51,822 bases of DNA from Nitrospira sp. (GCA_005240075.1 SBBF01000083.1:1-51822), one strand, 5' to 3'. Positions 28,223-37,694 are shown, numbered from the stretch's first letter. Numbers and translations: made by a program. The notes: a model not told the origin generated them from the letters alone.

Positions 28223-30049
28223 TCAATTTTCGCTCTTTTGAAGGTCAAAAATCAATTTTTTATTTTCACCCGCTTCTACAATCACTTGATCCTCGATTTC
28301 CTGGTAGCCAATCAGCGACAGTTTCAATTCGTAGAGTTGGAACGGTATCATCCGGGATTCGGTAAAGGGAGTCTGGCCGACAATCTGGTCGTCAAAGTAA
28401 ACTGTGGCCCCGGGAGGATTGGATGTGACTTCCAGGCTTCCATAACGAACCTGAAGTGAGGCCTCGATTTTGTGCGTTTCCCCCCTCTTAAGATCGACTG
28501 TCTGTTCATAAAAATCATGCCCCTCCAAAAAGAGCCCGATTGTATAACGCTTGTCCGACTGAAGATGGGGAATTTCCGCAGGGGTTTTCTGATTCCAGGC
28601 GGTATTATTAATATAAATCGTCGCTCCCTCCGGATTCGAAGAGACAAAAATCTTGCCAAAGGGGGGAATTTCCTTCTCAAGACTGATTTCCAAATTTTTG
28701 ACCTCCCCCCCCTTCAAAAATAAAGTCTGTTCAATGGAGACATGCCCCTTCTTTTTGGCTGTAACCCTTATTTCATTGTCCGACTTGAGACGAATTTTCC
28801 TCTTTCCATTTTCCAGATCGATCAGCTCGTCATCGATCAAAAGCTCTGCATCAGGGGGATTGATGATCAGCGACAAAGTTCCGTGGGAATAATGATCATA
28901 GATGGAATAAAATCCCATGGCCGATAAAACAAGAACCACGACAGTAAAAAAAAGCAGGACGCCATATCGGGTGAAACGCTTTGAAAAAAACTTCTTTAAG
29001 CGGTCTTGGTAATCGATTTCGGTTTTTTCCTCATCTCCGAAAGCGGGAGGTTTTTTTTCGGGCTTCTTTTCTTTTTCAACCTGAAGTTCCGGAAATTCGG
29101 CAGGCAAATCCTCCTCGTCCGCTTCAGGTCCAAAGTAACGATACAAGAATTCAGCCACGTCCAGCCGCTTGAATTCGGGATAATGTTTGGCCAGAAAGCG
29201 GGTCAGATCACCAGCCATTTCAGATGCTGACTGATACCGCTTTTCTTTCCTCTTTTTGAGAGCTTTCTCGCAAATAGAATCCAGTTCGGCATGAATTTCC
29301 TTCCTGAAACTGGATGGAGCCTGGAATTGAGCCTGCCTCACCGCCTTCAGGGTTTCCTTGTTGGACGACTTCTTGAAAAGTCTTTCCAACGTCAGCATTT
29401 CCCACAACAGAATTCCGGTTGCAAAAATATCAGATCGTCGATCGATCTCATCCCCTTCCGCCTGTTCGGGGGACATGTAGGCAAATTTGCCCTTTAAAAC
29501 TCCCGACTGGGTGTGAGACAACTTTTCAAAACTCTTGGCCACTCCAAAATCGATCAGCTTCACGGTTCCCGAATAGGAAACAATGATATTTTGAGGCGAG
29601 ATGTCGCGGTGGACCACCCCCAGGGGACGCCCTTCCTGATCGTTTTTCCGATGGATATAATCAAGTCCCTGGCAGAGCTCCGAAATGCAATAAACGATCA
29701 GGGGGATGGGAATTTTCTTCTCTCTCTCCTTGAAATCCCTCAAAATTTGCCCCAACGTTTTTCCATCAACATATTCCATGACAATGAAATAATCGTCTCC
29801 CGCTTTTCCCAGATCATAAATTTGGGCGATGTTTCCCTGATTAAAATGAACGGCGATTTTCGCCTCGTCGATCAACATGGCCACATAGTCGGAATCAGCC
29901 GAAATATGAGGAAGGATCCTTTTGATGACAACCAAACGCTCAATGCCGCCGGGGTCGACCGTTTTGGCCTTAAAGACCTGGGCCATTCCCCCCTGGGCAA
30001 TTTTTTCAAGAAGAAGATACTGGCCGAGTTGAAGAGGATGATCGGGCAT
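28223..30049 (-). CDS. Membrane Hanks-type Ser/Thr kinase with extracytoplasmic PEGA domains
   Basis: GGMAQV, VIKRI, HRDISPQN, DFG, YMSPEQ, DIFATG; one transmembrane helix; repeated S.P.GA..Y...G.TP PEGA units. Confidence 0.92.
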   Translation of the reverse strand: MPDHPLQLGQYLLLEKIAQGGMAQVFKAKTVDPGGIERLVVIKRILPHISADSDYVAMLIDEAKIAVHFNQGNIAQIYDLGKAGDDYFIVMEYVDGKTLGQILRDFKEREKKIPIPLIVYCISELCQGLDYIHRKNDQEGRPLGVVHRDISPQNIIVSYSGTVKLIDFGVAKSFEKLSHTQSGVLKGKFAYMSPEQAEGDEIDRRSDIFATGILLWEMLTLERLFKKSSNKETLKAVRQAQFQAPSSFRKEIHAELDSICEKALKKRKEKRYQSASEMAGDLTRFLAKHYPEFKRLDVAEFLYRYFGPEADEEDLPAEFPELQVEKEKKPEKKPPAFGDEEKTEIDYQDRLKKFFSKRFTRYGVLLFFTVVVLVLSAMGFYSIYDHYSHGTLSLIINPPDAELLIDDELIDLENGKRKIRLKSDNEIRVTAKKKGHVSIEQTLFLKGGEVKNLEISLEKEIPPFGKIFVSSNPEGATIYINNTAWNQKTPAEIPHLQSDKRYTIGLFLEGHDFYEQTVDLKRGETHKIEASLQVRYGSLEVTSNPPGATVYFDDQIVGQTPFTESRMIPFQLYELKLSLIGYQEIEDQVIVEAGENKKLIFDLQKSEN

Positions 30050-30117
30050 CGGTCTTAAAACTTAGTGATTCTGGCCTGTTGACACAAGAAATAAATTCAG
30101 GGATCGTGCGTTATTGC

Positions 30118-30939
30118 ATGTTTCTCTTTCGCTTTATCTGGAAAATCATCAAGGGATTTTTTTTCCTGATCCTCCTGGTCATTCTGGGGGGCGCCCTTTT
30201 TCTTGTCAACCTTCCCAATATTTCCTGGTTGAAAAACCACAATCCCCAAACCACCCGCTTTATGGAAATTTATCTGGATGAGTGGGAGGACAAGGGGGAA
30301 AACCCGGTGATTGATCACCGTTGGATTCCCCTTTCACAAATTTCATCCCATCTGAAAAGAGGGGTGATGATCGCTGAAGACGATGCTTTTTATCAGCACA
30401 ACGGCTTCGACTGGAAACAGATTAAAGAGTCGTTAAAGGTCAACTGGAAAAAGAAGGCGTTCAAACGGGGGGGATCGACGATCACCCAACAACTGGTCAA
30501 AAACCTCTACCTGGGACCCCAAAAAAATATTTTTAGAAAAATAAGAGAGTGGATTTTAACTTATCAGATGGAACAAACATTGACAAAAGACCGCATTCTG
30601 GAACTTTATCTCAATCTGATTGAATGGGGCCCCGGCGTTTACGGAGCGGAGGCCGCCTGCCGTTATTATTTTGGGACTTCGGCAGGCTCTTTATCAGCTT
30701 CCCAAGCCGCTTATCTGGCGGCCATTCTCCCCAATCCCAAATTATATGGAACAGCCAGGTATAAACGAAAAGCCAACTGGAGGGCCAACTTGATTCAAAA
30801 AAAAATGACCCGTACCGCTCCTCGCCGGGAGGGAGAAAAAATTCCAGAGATATCAACGGAGGAGGAAACTCCGCTTCCCGATTTTCCGAAAGAAGAAGAA
30901 TCGAATTCAAATCATCCTGAACCGCTTCTCGAATATTGA
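30118..30939 (+). CDS. mtgA: Monofunctional peptidoglycan transglycosylase
   Basis: AEDDAFYQHNGFD, RGGSTITQQLVKNL, RKIRE, KDRILELYLN, LAAILPNP; N-terminal anchor. Start moved to ATG 30118. Confidence 0.9.
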   Translation: MFLFRFIWKIIKGFFFLILLVILGGALFLVNLPNISWLKNHNPQTTRFMEIYLDEWEDKGENPVIDHRWIPLSQISSHLKRGVMIAEDDAFYQHNGFDWKQIKESLKVNWKKKAFKRGGSTITQQLVKNLYLGPQKNIFRKIREWILTYQMEQTLTKDRILELYLNLIEWGPGVYGAEAACRYYFGTSAGSLSASQAAYLAAILPNPKLYGTARYKRKANWRANLIQKKMTRTAPRREGEKIPEISTEEETPLPDFPKEEESNSNHPEPLLEY

Positions 30940-31607
30940 TGCCGAATATCTTTTCCCTGCACCATGAAAACAACTTCCTCGGCAATATTGGTGGCATGGT
31001 CGGCAATTCTTTCAAGCTGTCTGGCAATCAGAATCAGACGAACAGCGCGGAAAACAGCCTCCTTGTCTTTTTCCATCATCGGAACAAGGTCATCCTGAAT
31101 CTTGTCTTTCAAGTTATCTGCCTCATCATCCTGCTCCAAAACTTTTTTGGCCAGAATTGCATCCTGTTTCACAAAAGCATCCAACGCCCGATTGACCATG
31201 TGCTGGGCAATGGCAGAAAGCCGAGGAAGATCAACATACTGTTTGAGTTGCGGTTCCTGATTGAGTTCAATGGCAATTTCCGCAATATTCACCGCCAGAT
31301 CTCCCATTCTTTCCAGATCCTTGCCGATTTTAAGGCTGATAACGATAAACCGAAGATCGACAGCGGCCGGCTGATGAAGGGCCAGCAGTTTAAGGCAACG
31401 GTCATCGACCATCATTTCCAGCTGATTCACCACCGGCTCTTTTTTGATTACTTCTTCGGCAAAAGCGCTGTTTCTGTCCACCAGAGACTTCATGGAAAAA
31501 ACAAGCATTTCCTCCACGACCGCTCCCATTCTTAAAATATCCTCTTTCAGATCCTTCAAATCGGCCTCATAGTGTTTATCGGTATGTTCCTTGAATTCTT
31601 TCATCAT
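30912..31607 (-). CDS. phoU: Phosphate transport regulator PhoU
   Basis: QPAAVDLR, DLERMGD, LERIADHATNIAE.V.FMV.GKDIRH; AGGAGG RBS. Confidence 0.95.
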   Translation of the reverse strand: MMKEFKEHTDKHYEADLKDLKEDILRMGAVVEEMLVFSMKSLVDRNSAFAEEVIKKEPVVNQLEMMVDDRCLKLLALHQPAAVDLRFIVISLKIGKDLERMGDLAVNIAEIAIELNQEPQLKQYVDLPRLSAIAQHMVNRALDAFVKQDAILAKKVLEQDDEADNLKDKIQDDLVPMMEKDKEAVFRAVRLILIARQLERIADHATNIAEEVVFMVQGKDIRHQYSRSGSG

Positions 31608-31627
31608 CCAAACCTCCTATTTATAAT

Positions 31628-31766
31628 GGGAGCCTGTTCGGTCCCTGCAATTGCTACTCACGTTTATGGATACGGGCCCTCACGATGGCCCTTCCTCCAT
31701 CACTCAAAAACCTTTGAGTGCTGGATCCCCCCCCCGCTCGCGACACGGCTAAGCCGGATCGCGAGC
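31628..31766. other. Multi-hairpin structured intergenic element (candidate ncRNA or REP/MITE-like repeat)
   Basis: Stems GCTCGCGA/TCGCGAGC (31736-31766, inner CGGCT/AGCCG), CACTCAAA/TTTGAGTG (31701-31720), ATGGA..GGGCC/GGCCC..TCCAT (31666-31700), GGGA/TCCC (31628-31645); C9 run at 31727-31735. Confidence 0.55.
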
Positions 31767-31767
31767 T

Positions 31768-32553
31768 TTACCCAAATCTTCCCGTAATGTAATCCTCAGT
31801 TTTTTTCTCCTTTGGATTGGTAAAAATCTGCTCGGTCTTCCCCCATTCAATCAGTTCCCCCAAATAGAGGAAAGCGGTGAAATCAGAAACCCTGGCCGCC
31901 TGTTGCATGTTGTGAGTTACCACAATGATGGTTACTTTTTTCTTGAGCTCCCCCATCAGTTCTTCAATCCGCGCCGTGGCAATCGGATCGAGAGCGGAGG
32001 TCGGTTCATCGAATAAAAGAAGTTCAGGATCGCAAGCAAGAGCCCTCGCAATGCAGAGTCTCTGCTGTTGTCCTCCTGAAAGATTAAAGGCAGGATCGTG
32101 CAAGCGATCCTTGACCTCATCCCATAAGGCCCCCTCCAGAAGAGCTCTTTCCACCCTCTCCTTGATCTGATGGTAGTTCTTTAAGCCCCTGATTCTCAGT
32201 CCATACGCCACATTTTCAAAAATGGATTTGGGAAAGGGGTTTGGTTTTTGAAAAACCATAGCGTTTTTCAATCTGATTTCAATCGGATCAATCCCCCCTC
32301 CCGCAATGTTGATTCCGTCAGGATAAAGCAGAATTTCTCCCTCATAACGATGCCCCGGATAAAGATCATGCATCCGGTTAAAGCAACGGAGATAGGTCGA
32401 TTTACCGCAGCCGGAAGGGCCGATCAGCGCGGTAATTTTGTTTTGTTCAATCACCAGACTCACATTTTTCAAGGCCTGAAGGGATCCATAATAGAAGCTC
32501 AAATTTTTTACTTCCGCCTTGATGGAGGGATTATGTTCTTTGTTTTCTACCAT
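31768..32553 (-). CDS. pstB: Phosphate ABC transporter ATPase
   Basis: [49 protein letters not shown]. Confidence 0.96.
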   Translation of the reverse strand: MVENKEHNPSIKAEVKNLSFYYGSLQALKNVSLVIEQNKITALIGPSGCGKSTYLRCFNRMHDLYPGHRYEGEILLYPDGINIAGGGIDPIEIRLKNAMVFQKPNPFPKSIFENVAYGLRIRGLKNYHQIKERVERALLEGALWDEVKDRLHDPAFNLSGGQQQRLCIARALACDPELLLFDEPTSALDPIATARIEELMGELKKKVTIIVVTHNMQQAARVSDFTAFLYLGELIEWGKTEQIFTNPKEKKTEDYITGRFG

Positions 32554-33455
32554 TTGATTTTCTTTCTGAACCGGTAGCGGATGGCAATCGCCAAACCGTT
32601 CATGACCATGACCATGACCATCAAAACAAGCCCGGCACCGGCCGCATTCAAATGAAATTCGTCCTGGGGCCGGGAAACCCAGTTGAAGATCTGAATCGGC
32701 ATAACCGTAAAAGGATCTTCAAGCCATTCGAAGGAAACAAAAGGAAATTGGGATGAAAAGGGAGCATGGGGAAGAAAAGCAATAAAAGTCAAAGCTCCAA
32801 TGGTAATCAACGGAGCGGTCTCCCCGATCGCCCGTGACAACCCGATAATGATGCCGGTGAGAATCCCCCCCAACGAATAAGGAAGCACATGATCGCGTGT
32901 GGTTTGCCATTTGGTGGCTCCCATCGCATAAGAGGCTTCACGCATGGTAGCGGGAACGGCGCGGATTGCTTCCCGGGTTGATATGATGACAATCGGAAGA
33001 ATGAGAAGGGCCAAGGTCAATCCGGCGGTTTGAATACTTTGCCCCAAACGGAATTGATAAACAAAGAGCCCCAGAGCCATCAAACCATAAACAATAGAGG
33101 GAATGCCGGCCAGATTGGCGATATTGATTTCTATCAGAGAGGTCAGCCAATTCTTCGGGGCGTATTCTTCCAAATAAACGCCAGCCGCCACCCCCAGAGG
33201 CACAGCCGTAGCCGTTGTGACGAGCATGACGACGGAGGAGCCAACCCAGCTGGATAAAATCCCCGCCTTCTCCGGAAACCGGGAAGGAAAGGAAGTAAAA
33301 AAAGTCCATGAAAGATGATCAGCCCCGTCGAGGAAGAGATCAACAACAAGAGCCAGCAACGTGGTCAGCCCCACAAGGAGCGATAAGAGGCCGAGGATGG
33401 CAAACAGGGCATCGAAACGCTTGTTCATCTGAATGGTTGTTTTTAAAGACATCAT
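32547..33455 (-). CDS. pstA: Phosphate ABC transporter permease
   Basis: [41 protein letters not shown]. Confidence 0.95.
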   Translation of the reverse strand: MMSLKTTIQMNKRFDALFAILGLLSLLVGLTTLLALVVDLFLDGADHLSWTFFTSFPSRFPEKAGILSSWVGSSVVMLVTTATAVPLGVAAGVYLEEYAPKNWLTSLIEINIANLAGIPSIVYGLMALGLFVYQFRLGQSIQTAGLTLALLILPIVIISTREAIRAVPATMREASYAMGATKWQTTRDHVLPYSLGGILTGIIIGLSRAIGETAPLITIGALTFIAFLPHAPFSSQFPFVSFEWLEDPFTVMPIQIFNWVSRPQDEFHLNAAGAGLVLMVMVMVMNGLAIAIRYRFRKKIKW

Positions 33456-33456
33456 C

Positions 33457-33482
33457 AATAGGCTTGCCTAATAGGCTTGTCT
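33457..33482. repeat. 13-nt tandem duplication at the pstC 3' end
   Basis: AATAGGCTTGCCT (33457-33469) and AATAGGCTTGTCT (33470-33482), one mismatch. Confidence 0.7.
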
Positions 33483-34346
33483 GAAACGTTTTCTTAAATA
33501 GTGCCCTGCAATATTAAAAAAGAGCGTCATACAAAAAAGGGTCAAGCCGGCCGCAAAAATAGTTTGATAGCCGATGGTGCCATGGGGCAAATCCCCCAGG
33601 CTGACCTGAACAATATAAGCGGTGATCGTTTCCGCCGGTTCAAGAGGATTTAACGTAAAATTGGGCTGCATGCCGGCGGCAATGGCCACCACCATCGTTT
33701 CCCCCACAGCGCGTGAAAAGGCAAGAATATAGGCCGACACAATCCCTGACAAGGCGGATGGAAAGACAACCCGCAACGCGGTCTGCATCCGGGTCGCCCC
33801 CATAGCGTAGGATCCCTCGCGAATGTGCATGGGCACCGCTTTCATGGCATCTTCACTGAGAGAGCTGACATAAGGAATGATCATGATTCCCATCACAAGT
33901 CCCGCACCTAACATATTAAAACCGGGGAGTTGGGGAATGAATTTTTGAAGCAGAGGGGTTACAAACAGAAAAGCGAAGTAGCCGTAAATAACCGTCGGAA
34001 CGGCACTTAAAAGTTCGAGCGTTGGCTTGATTATTTCACGCGTCTTGTGCGAGGCGTATTCACTCAGATAGATAGCAGCAACAGTCCCCAGAGGAACAGC
34101 AACTATCAACGCAATGAAGGTAGTGACAAACGTTCCTGATAAAAGGGGGAGAATTCCATAACGGGGATCGACAAACAGAGGGGTCCACTGAGTATCGGTT
34201 AGAAAATCAAAAAGAGATACCTGCTTGAAAAAGACAACAGATTCATAAACAAGAATCCAGACAATGCCTGCTGTAATCAGAATGGAGGAGAGGGCTGCCA
34301 GGAACAGCCCCCCTTCAATGATTTTTTCATGGATTCTTAGGGACAC
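33468..34346 (-). CDS. pstC: Phosphate ABC transporter permease
   Basis: YLSEYA, KPTLELLSAVPTVIYG, SEDAM.AVP, SRAVGETM. Confidence 0.95.
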   Translation of the reverse strand: MSLRIHEKIIEGGLFLAALSSILITAGIVWILVYESVVFFKQVSLFDFLTDTQWTPLFVDPRYGILPLLSGTFVTTFIALIVAVPLGTVAAIYLSEYASHKTREIIKPTLELLSAVPTVIYGYFAFLFVTPLLQKFIPQLPGFNMLGAGLVMGIMIIPYVSSLSEDAMKAVPMHIREGSYAMGATRMQTALRVVFPSALSGIVSAYILAFSRAVGETMVVAIAAGMQPNFTLNPLEPAETITAYIVQVSLGDLPHGTIGYQTIFAAGLTLFCMTLFFNIAGHYLRKRFRQAY

Positions 34347-34399
34347 AATAAATTGGAAGCTACTTTATTGGTAGATATAAAAAAATCAATGTTTAATAT

Positions 34400-35386
34400 C
34401 TACAATCTTGGCTTTTCCGCAATCACCGTTTCAATTTTGCTCCCCGGTTTGTAACCTGAGAAAGTAGTCCCCAAAAGAGATTGATCCAAACGCCGGTGGG
34501 CTGCCTCGTAAAGGACAGCTGAAAGGGGAATGTATTTGACCGCCGTTGAAAGAGAAGCGGCGCTCTTTAAATAGAATTCCGCAAATACCCTGACTTCCGG
34601 CTTGGTCAAACCCTGTTTGCTGACATAAATAAAGATGGGACGGGAAAGAGGAATATAAGTTCCATTATCCACATTCTGGCGGGAAGGAAGCACTCCCCCC
34701 TTCCCTGTGTCAATGGCTACCGCTTTCAGCTTTGTCTTATTTTCTTCGTAGTAGGCAAATCCAAAATAACCCAGCGCGTTCACGTCGCTCGCCACTCCCT
34801 GGACCAGGATGTTATCATCCTCGCTGGCTGTGTAATCTCCCCGACTTGATTTTGCCTTTCCAACAATCGCCTCGGTAAAATAGTCAAAAGTCCCCGAATC
34901 AGAACCAGGTCCATAGAGTTTGATCGGTTTGTCTGGCCAATCAGACCGGATCTGATTCCATTTGGTAATCGCCCCCTGGGCTGCCGGTTCCCAGATTTTT
35001 TTAAGTTCATCCACTGTCATACTCGTTACCCAGGTATTGTTGGGATTGACCGCCACTGTCAGGGCGTCATACGCAATTGGCAGTTCCACGTATTGAACGC
35101 TCTCTTCTCTGCAAGAAGTCATCTCTTCCGACTTGATGGGGCGTGAAGCATTGGCAATATCGATCTCTCCCCGGCATAATTTCTTGAATCCGCCGCCGGT
35201 TCCCGAAATACCCACCGTCACACGGATGGCTCCTTTTTTGGCCGCCTGAAATTCCTCGGCAACAGCTTCCGTCACAGGATAAACAGTACTGGATCCGTCA
35301 ATTTTCACAAGGGATCCCGCTTGCGCGTCGTGAAGAACAAACAAAATCAAACATAATGTGAATGGACGGATGATTTCTTTTTTCAT
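34400..35386 (-). CDS. pstS: Phosphate-binding periplasmic protein
   Basis: Signal peptide, [46 protein letters not shown]. Confidence 0.94.
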   Translation of the reverse strand: MKKEIIRPFTLCLILFVLHDAQAGSLVKIDGSSTVYPVTEAVAEEFQAAKKGAIRVTVGISGTGGGFKKLCRGEIDIANASRPIKSEEMTSCREESVQYVELPIAYDALTVAVNPNNTWVTSMTVDELKKIWEPAAQGAITKWNQIRSDWPDKPIKLYGPGSDSGTFDYFTEAIVGKAKSSRGDYTASEDDNILVQGVASDVNALGYFGFAYYEENKTKLKAVAIDTGKGGVLPSRQNVDNGTYIPLSRPIFIYVSKQGLTKPEVRVFAEFYLKSAASLSTAVKYIPLSAVLYEAAHRRLDQSLLGTTFSGYKPGSKIETVIAEKPRL

Positions 35387-35406
35387 TTTTTTTCTCCTTT
35401 ATAAAT

Positions 35407-36562
35407 TTAAAAATACAACTGCAACTGAGTTCTCAACCGGTGATCCACCTGATCCTGGACAAAGCCAGGTGCTCCACCCGTTGTCACAATATTGCCTGGT
35501 CCGCAAGCCCCGTTTAAAACGAGCGAACTGTTGAACAGCATGCCATAATCTGTCGGGAGCTTGATGTTATGCCCTTTGATGAAATGTTCAGAGAACCCCC
35601 GAACTTATATCCATTGGTCACGCCGACATCAAGCGGAATCACTCCGTTCGCCACCTCAAATTTTTCTGGAACAATAAAATAACCGGCCTGCCCCAAAAAA
35701 CCAAGAGTCTCCAGATCATCGGTCGAATTCTTGATAAAGTCCCCCTCTCCTAAAAAAGACCAGCCATTATACCGCCAAGCCACGTCAGCCGAGGAGGCGA
35801 TGATCGTATCTTCACCGGCGGCTATCGGTTTGTTCAAGCTCCTAGCGGCTCCAACGGCCAACTGATGCTCTTCGGAGTTTGTTACATCACTCATGGTATA
35901 ACCATGCTGACCGAGAATGTTGTAGATCAGACGACCGCCAAATAGCAACTCGTTATTGAAGTTGAAGTTGTTCCGGTTATTGTTTTCGTTGGTCGCATAG
36001 GCCGCATACTCCAATTTTTTATCGAAGAAATTCCCGTGAAACATGACCCCCAAATCGTATCCATGAGTCACCGTCTCGTTTAAAATACTCCGATCGATAA
36101 ACTGGAGGGAGGTTGAAGAGGTCAGTTCTTCCCGGTTATAGGCCGGCTTGAATTGCTCCGCCCGAACATTAAAATGGTCATTCCATTTAATTGACATACC
36201 CTTCGCGCAGGTTGGGTCCGGTCATGTCGACTCCTTCGCGCGTCGTTGTGACCCGTCCCGACAAGGCCTCAAACTGGAATTTATAGGTAAAGCGGGGGTC
36301 AAATGCGTGGCCGCCAAATACAAACCGGGCCCGACGAATTTGGAAGGTAGGGGTATCCCCCTGCCCCTCCATCAACACAAACTGATGCTGCGGCTGCATC
36401 TGGATGTTAAAAACCATCTTAAATTGGTCATCATCCGTTTTGATGTACAACCCTTTGTCATAGCCGACGTTCTCACTGGCGCTCACTTGGCGAAAATAGC
36501 CAACCAAGCCGAGCACGACCCCCCCCCATCAACAACATAGTGATGTGAAGTGTTTTCTTCAT
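35407..36562 (-). pseudogene. Phosphate-selective porin (OprO/OprP-like) pseudogene with at least three frameshifts
   Basis: ATG 36562 with AGGAGA RBS and signal peptide broken at a G9 run (36519-36527); FQIRRAR, Y.FQFE; second shift near 36190 (YVN/KWNDHF..QFK..YNREEL); third shift near 35585 restores KGHNIKL..DY...RTQLQLYF* with a terminal-Phe beta signal. Confidence 0.82.
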
Positions 36563-36627
36563 TTTTGTTCTCCTGATTTGAATTGGTTAGAAAGAAATTC
36601 AACAGACTTAGGATCTAGGATCAAAAA

Positions 36628-36667
36628 ATGTCGCTTTGATGGAGACTGCGTGACTTTTGGGTGACAG
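36628..36667 (-). promoter_or_regulatory. Putative Pho boxes (PhoB sites)
   Basis: Minus strand heptamers at 11-bp period, CTGTCAC-ccaa-AAGTCAC-gcag-TCTCCAT-caaa-GCGACAT, upstream of the porin-pstSCAB-phoU unit; resembles the CTGTCAT-N4 consensus. Confidence 0.65.
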
Positions 36668-36671
36668 AAAT

Positions 36672-37037
36672 TTACGGAGTCAGCCCGCGAATTAATATGC
36701 GGGCGCTTGACTCGTTGGTCGCCAGCGGGATGTTGTGGACATCGGCTAGTCTTAACAGCATAAAGATGTCCGGTTCGTGGGGATGAATGCCCAACGGATC
36801 TCTCAAAAAAATAATGGCATCGATTTCCTTCTTCACGATCATAGCGGCAATCTGGGCGTCTCCCCCCCGCGGCCCCGTTTCCATTTTGGTGACCGGAATT
36901 CCCGCCTGTTCAATGTACTGACCGGTTGTTCCGGTGGCGACTACGCGAAACTTGCGAATGGCATCGAGATGGTCTTTGACAAAAGCCACCATGTTCGTTT
37001 TTTTTCCGTCATGAGCTATGAGAGCGATTGTTTTCAT
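36672..37037 (-). CDS. mgsA: Methylglyoxal synthase
   Basis: IALIAHDGKK, ATGTTG, GPRGGDAQI, DPL..HPHEPDI..LLRLADVHNIPLATN. Confidence 0.94.
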   Translation of the reverse strand: MKTIALIAHDGKKTNMVAFVKDHLDAIRKFRVVATGTTGQYIEQAGIPVTKMETGPRGGDAQIAAMIVKKEIDAIIFLRDPLGIHPHEPDIFMLLRLADVHNIPLATNESSARILIRGLTP

Positions 37038-37312
37038 AAACTTTTTAAATAGCGCTGGATATCATCATGATTTCCAATCCGGTGAAGATAGAGATTATTT
37101 TGCTCAAAACCAAAAACAAGCCTCAAACCAAGTCCAAGGCGTGTTTCATAAATTCCCGAATGATGCAATTTTCTCAAACCCAACCCACCATGGATATGAG
37201 GTTGGCCAAAAACTTGAGGAAGTTTCAAAATAACTGAAAACAGCTGATCACGTTCAGATGGGTCCAGTTTGTTGGTGTCTTTAAGAAAGACCTCAGTCAA
37301 CGTAATTGGCAT
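37034..37312 (-). CDS. RelE/ParE-superfamily toxin (YafQ/HigB-like)
   Basis: 92 aa; FLKD..KL, LRKL...IYETR....RLVF, C-terminal IGNHDDI; directly downstream of a Phd-like gene. Confidence 0.7.
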   Translation of the reverse strand: MPITLTEVFLKDTNKLDPSERDQLFSVILKLPQVFGQPHIHGGLGLRKLHHSGIYETRLGLGLRLVFGFEQNNLYLHRIGNHDDIQRYLKSL

Positions 37313-37315
37313 GCC

Positions 37316-37579
37316 TTAACGAAAGTTTTTTAAAAACTCTACCGCCTTTTTGGGAATTCTGAATTTTTTGCTAGAGGAAACCGAGGAAACCTCATCCCAG
37401 AATTTTTTTGCCTGACTATCAGTCAGAAAAGGAGAAATCTCGATGTCATCTGAAGATAAGGGGAGAATAGTAGCAACGACCTCTGCCCCCCGCATGAGAA
37501 CTACCTGTTTTCCCAAACAGGCCTGCTCAACCAGGTGATTGAGCTTTGCCTTCGCTTCATGAAGAGTTACTGTAATCAT
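37316..37579 (-). CDS. Phd/YefM-family antitoxin
   Basis: MITVTLHEAKAKLNHLVEQA..G.QVVLMRG..VA.I.P. Start moved to ATG 37579 (or 37582). Confidence 0.78.
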   Translation of the reverse strand: MITVTLHEAKAKLNHLVEQACLGKQVVLMRGAEVVATILPLSSDDIEISPFLTDSQAKKFWDEVSSVSSSKKFRIPKKAVEFLKNFR

Positions 37580-37586
37580 CATTGAA

Positions 37587-37686
37587 ATCATATTGAATAT
37601 AATAAATAAAGTCAAGGTCCTTATATAAGGTCTTATTATAAGGACTCCAGATATTTGTTGCCAATAAAACTTGATAAGAGTAAAAG
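37587..37686. promoter_or_regulatory. Back-to-back promoters with central nested palindromes
   Basis: Minus: TTGACT(37615-37610)-17-TATGAT(37592-37587). Plus: TTGCCA(37658-37663)-17-TAAAAG (weak). Between them, GTCCTTATA(37617-37625)/TATAAGGAC(37637-37645) and the perfect palindrome CCTTATATAAGG (37619-37630). Confidence 0.6.
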
Positions 37687-37694
37687 AGCTTATC

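Noticed and set aside
31628-31766. pstB-phoU element as a tRNA, known riboswitch or Rho-independent terminator
   Set aside because: No cloverleaf or T-loop, no recognised aptamer consensus, and no U-tract after the hairpins on the transcribed strand.
36519-36527. G9 tract as an active phase-variation switch for the porin
   Set aside because: Two further frameshifts downstream would still inactivate the gene.
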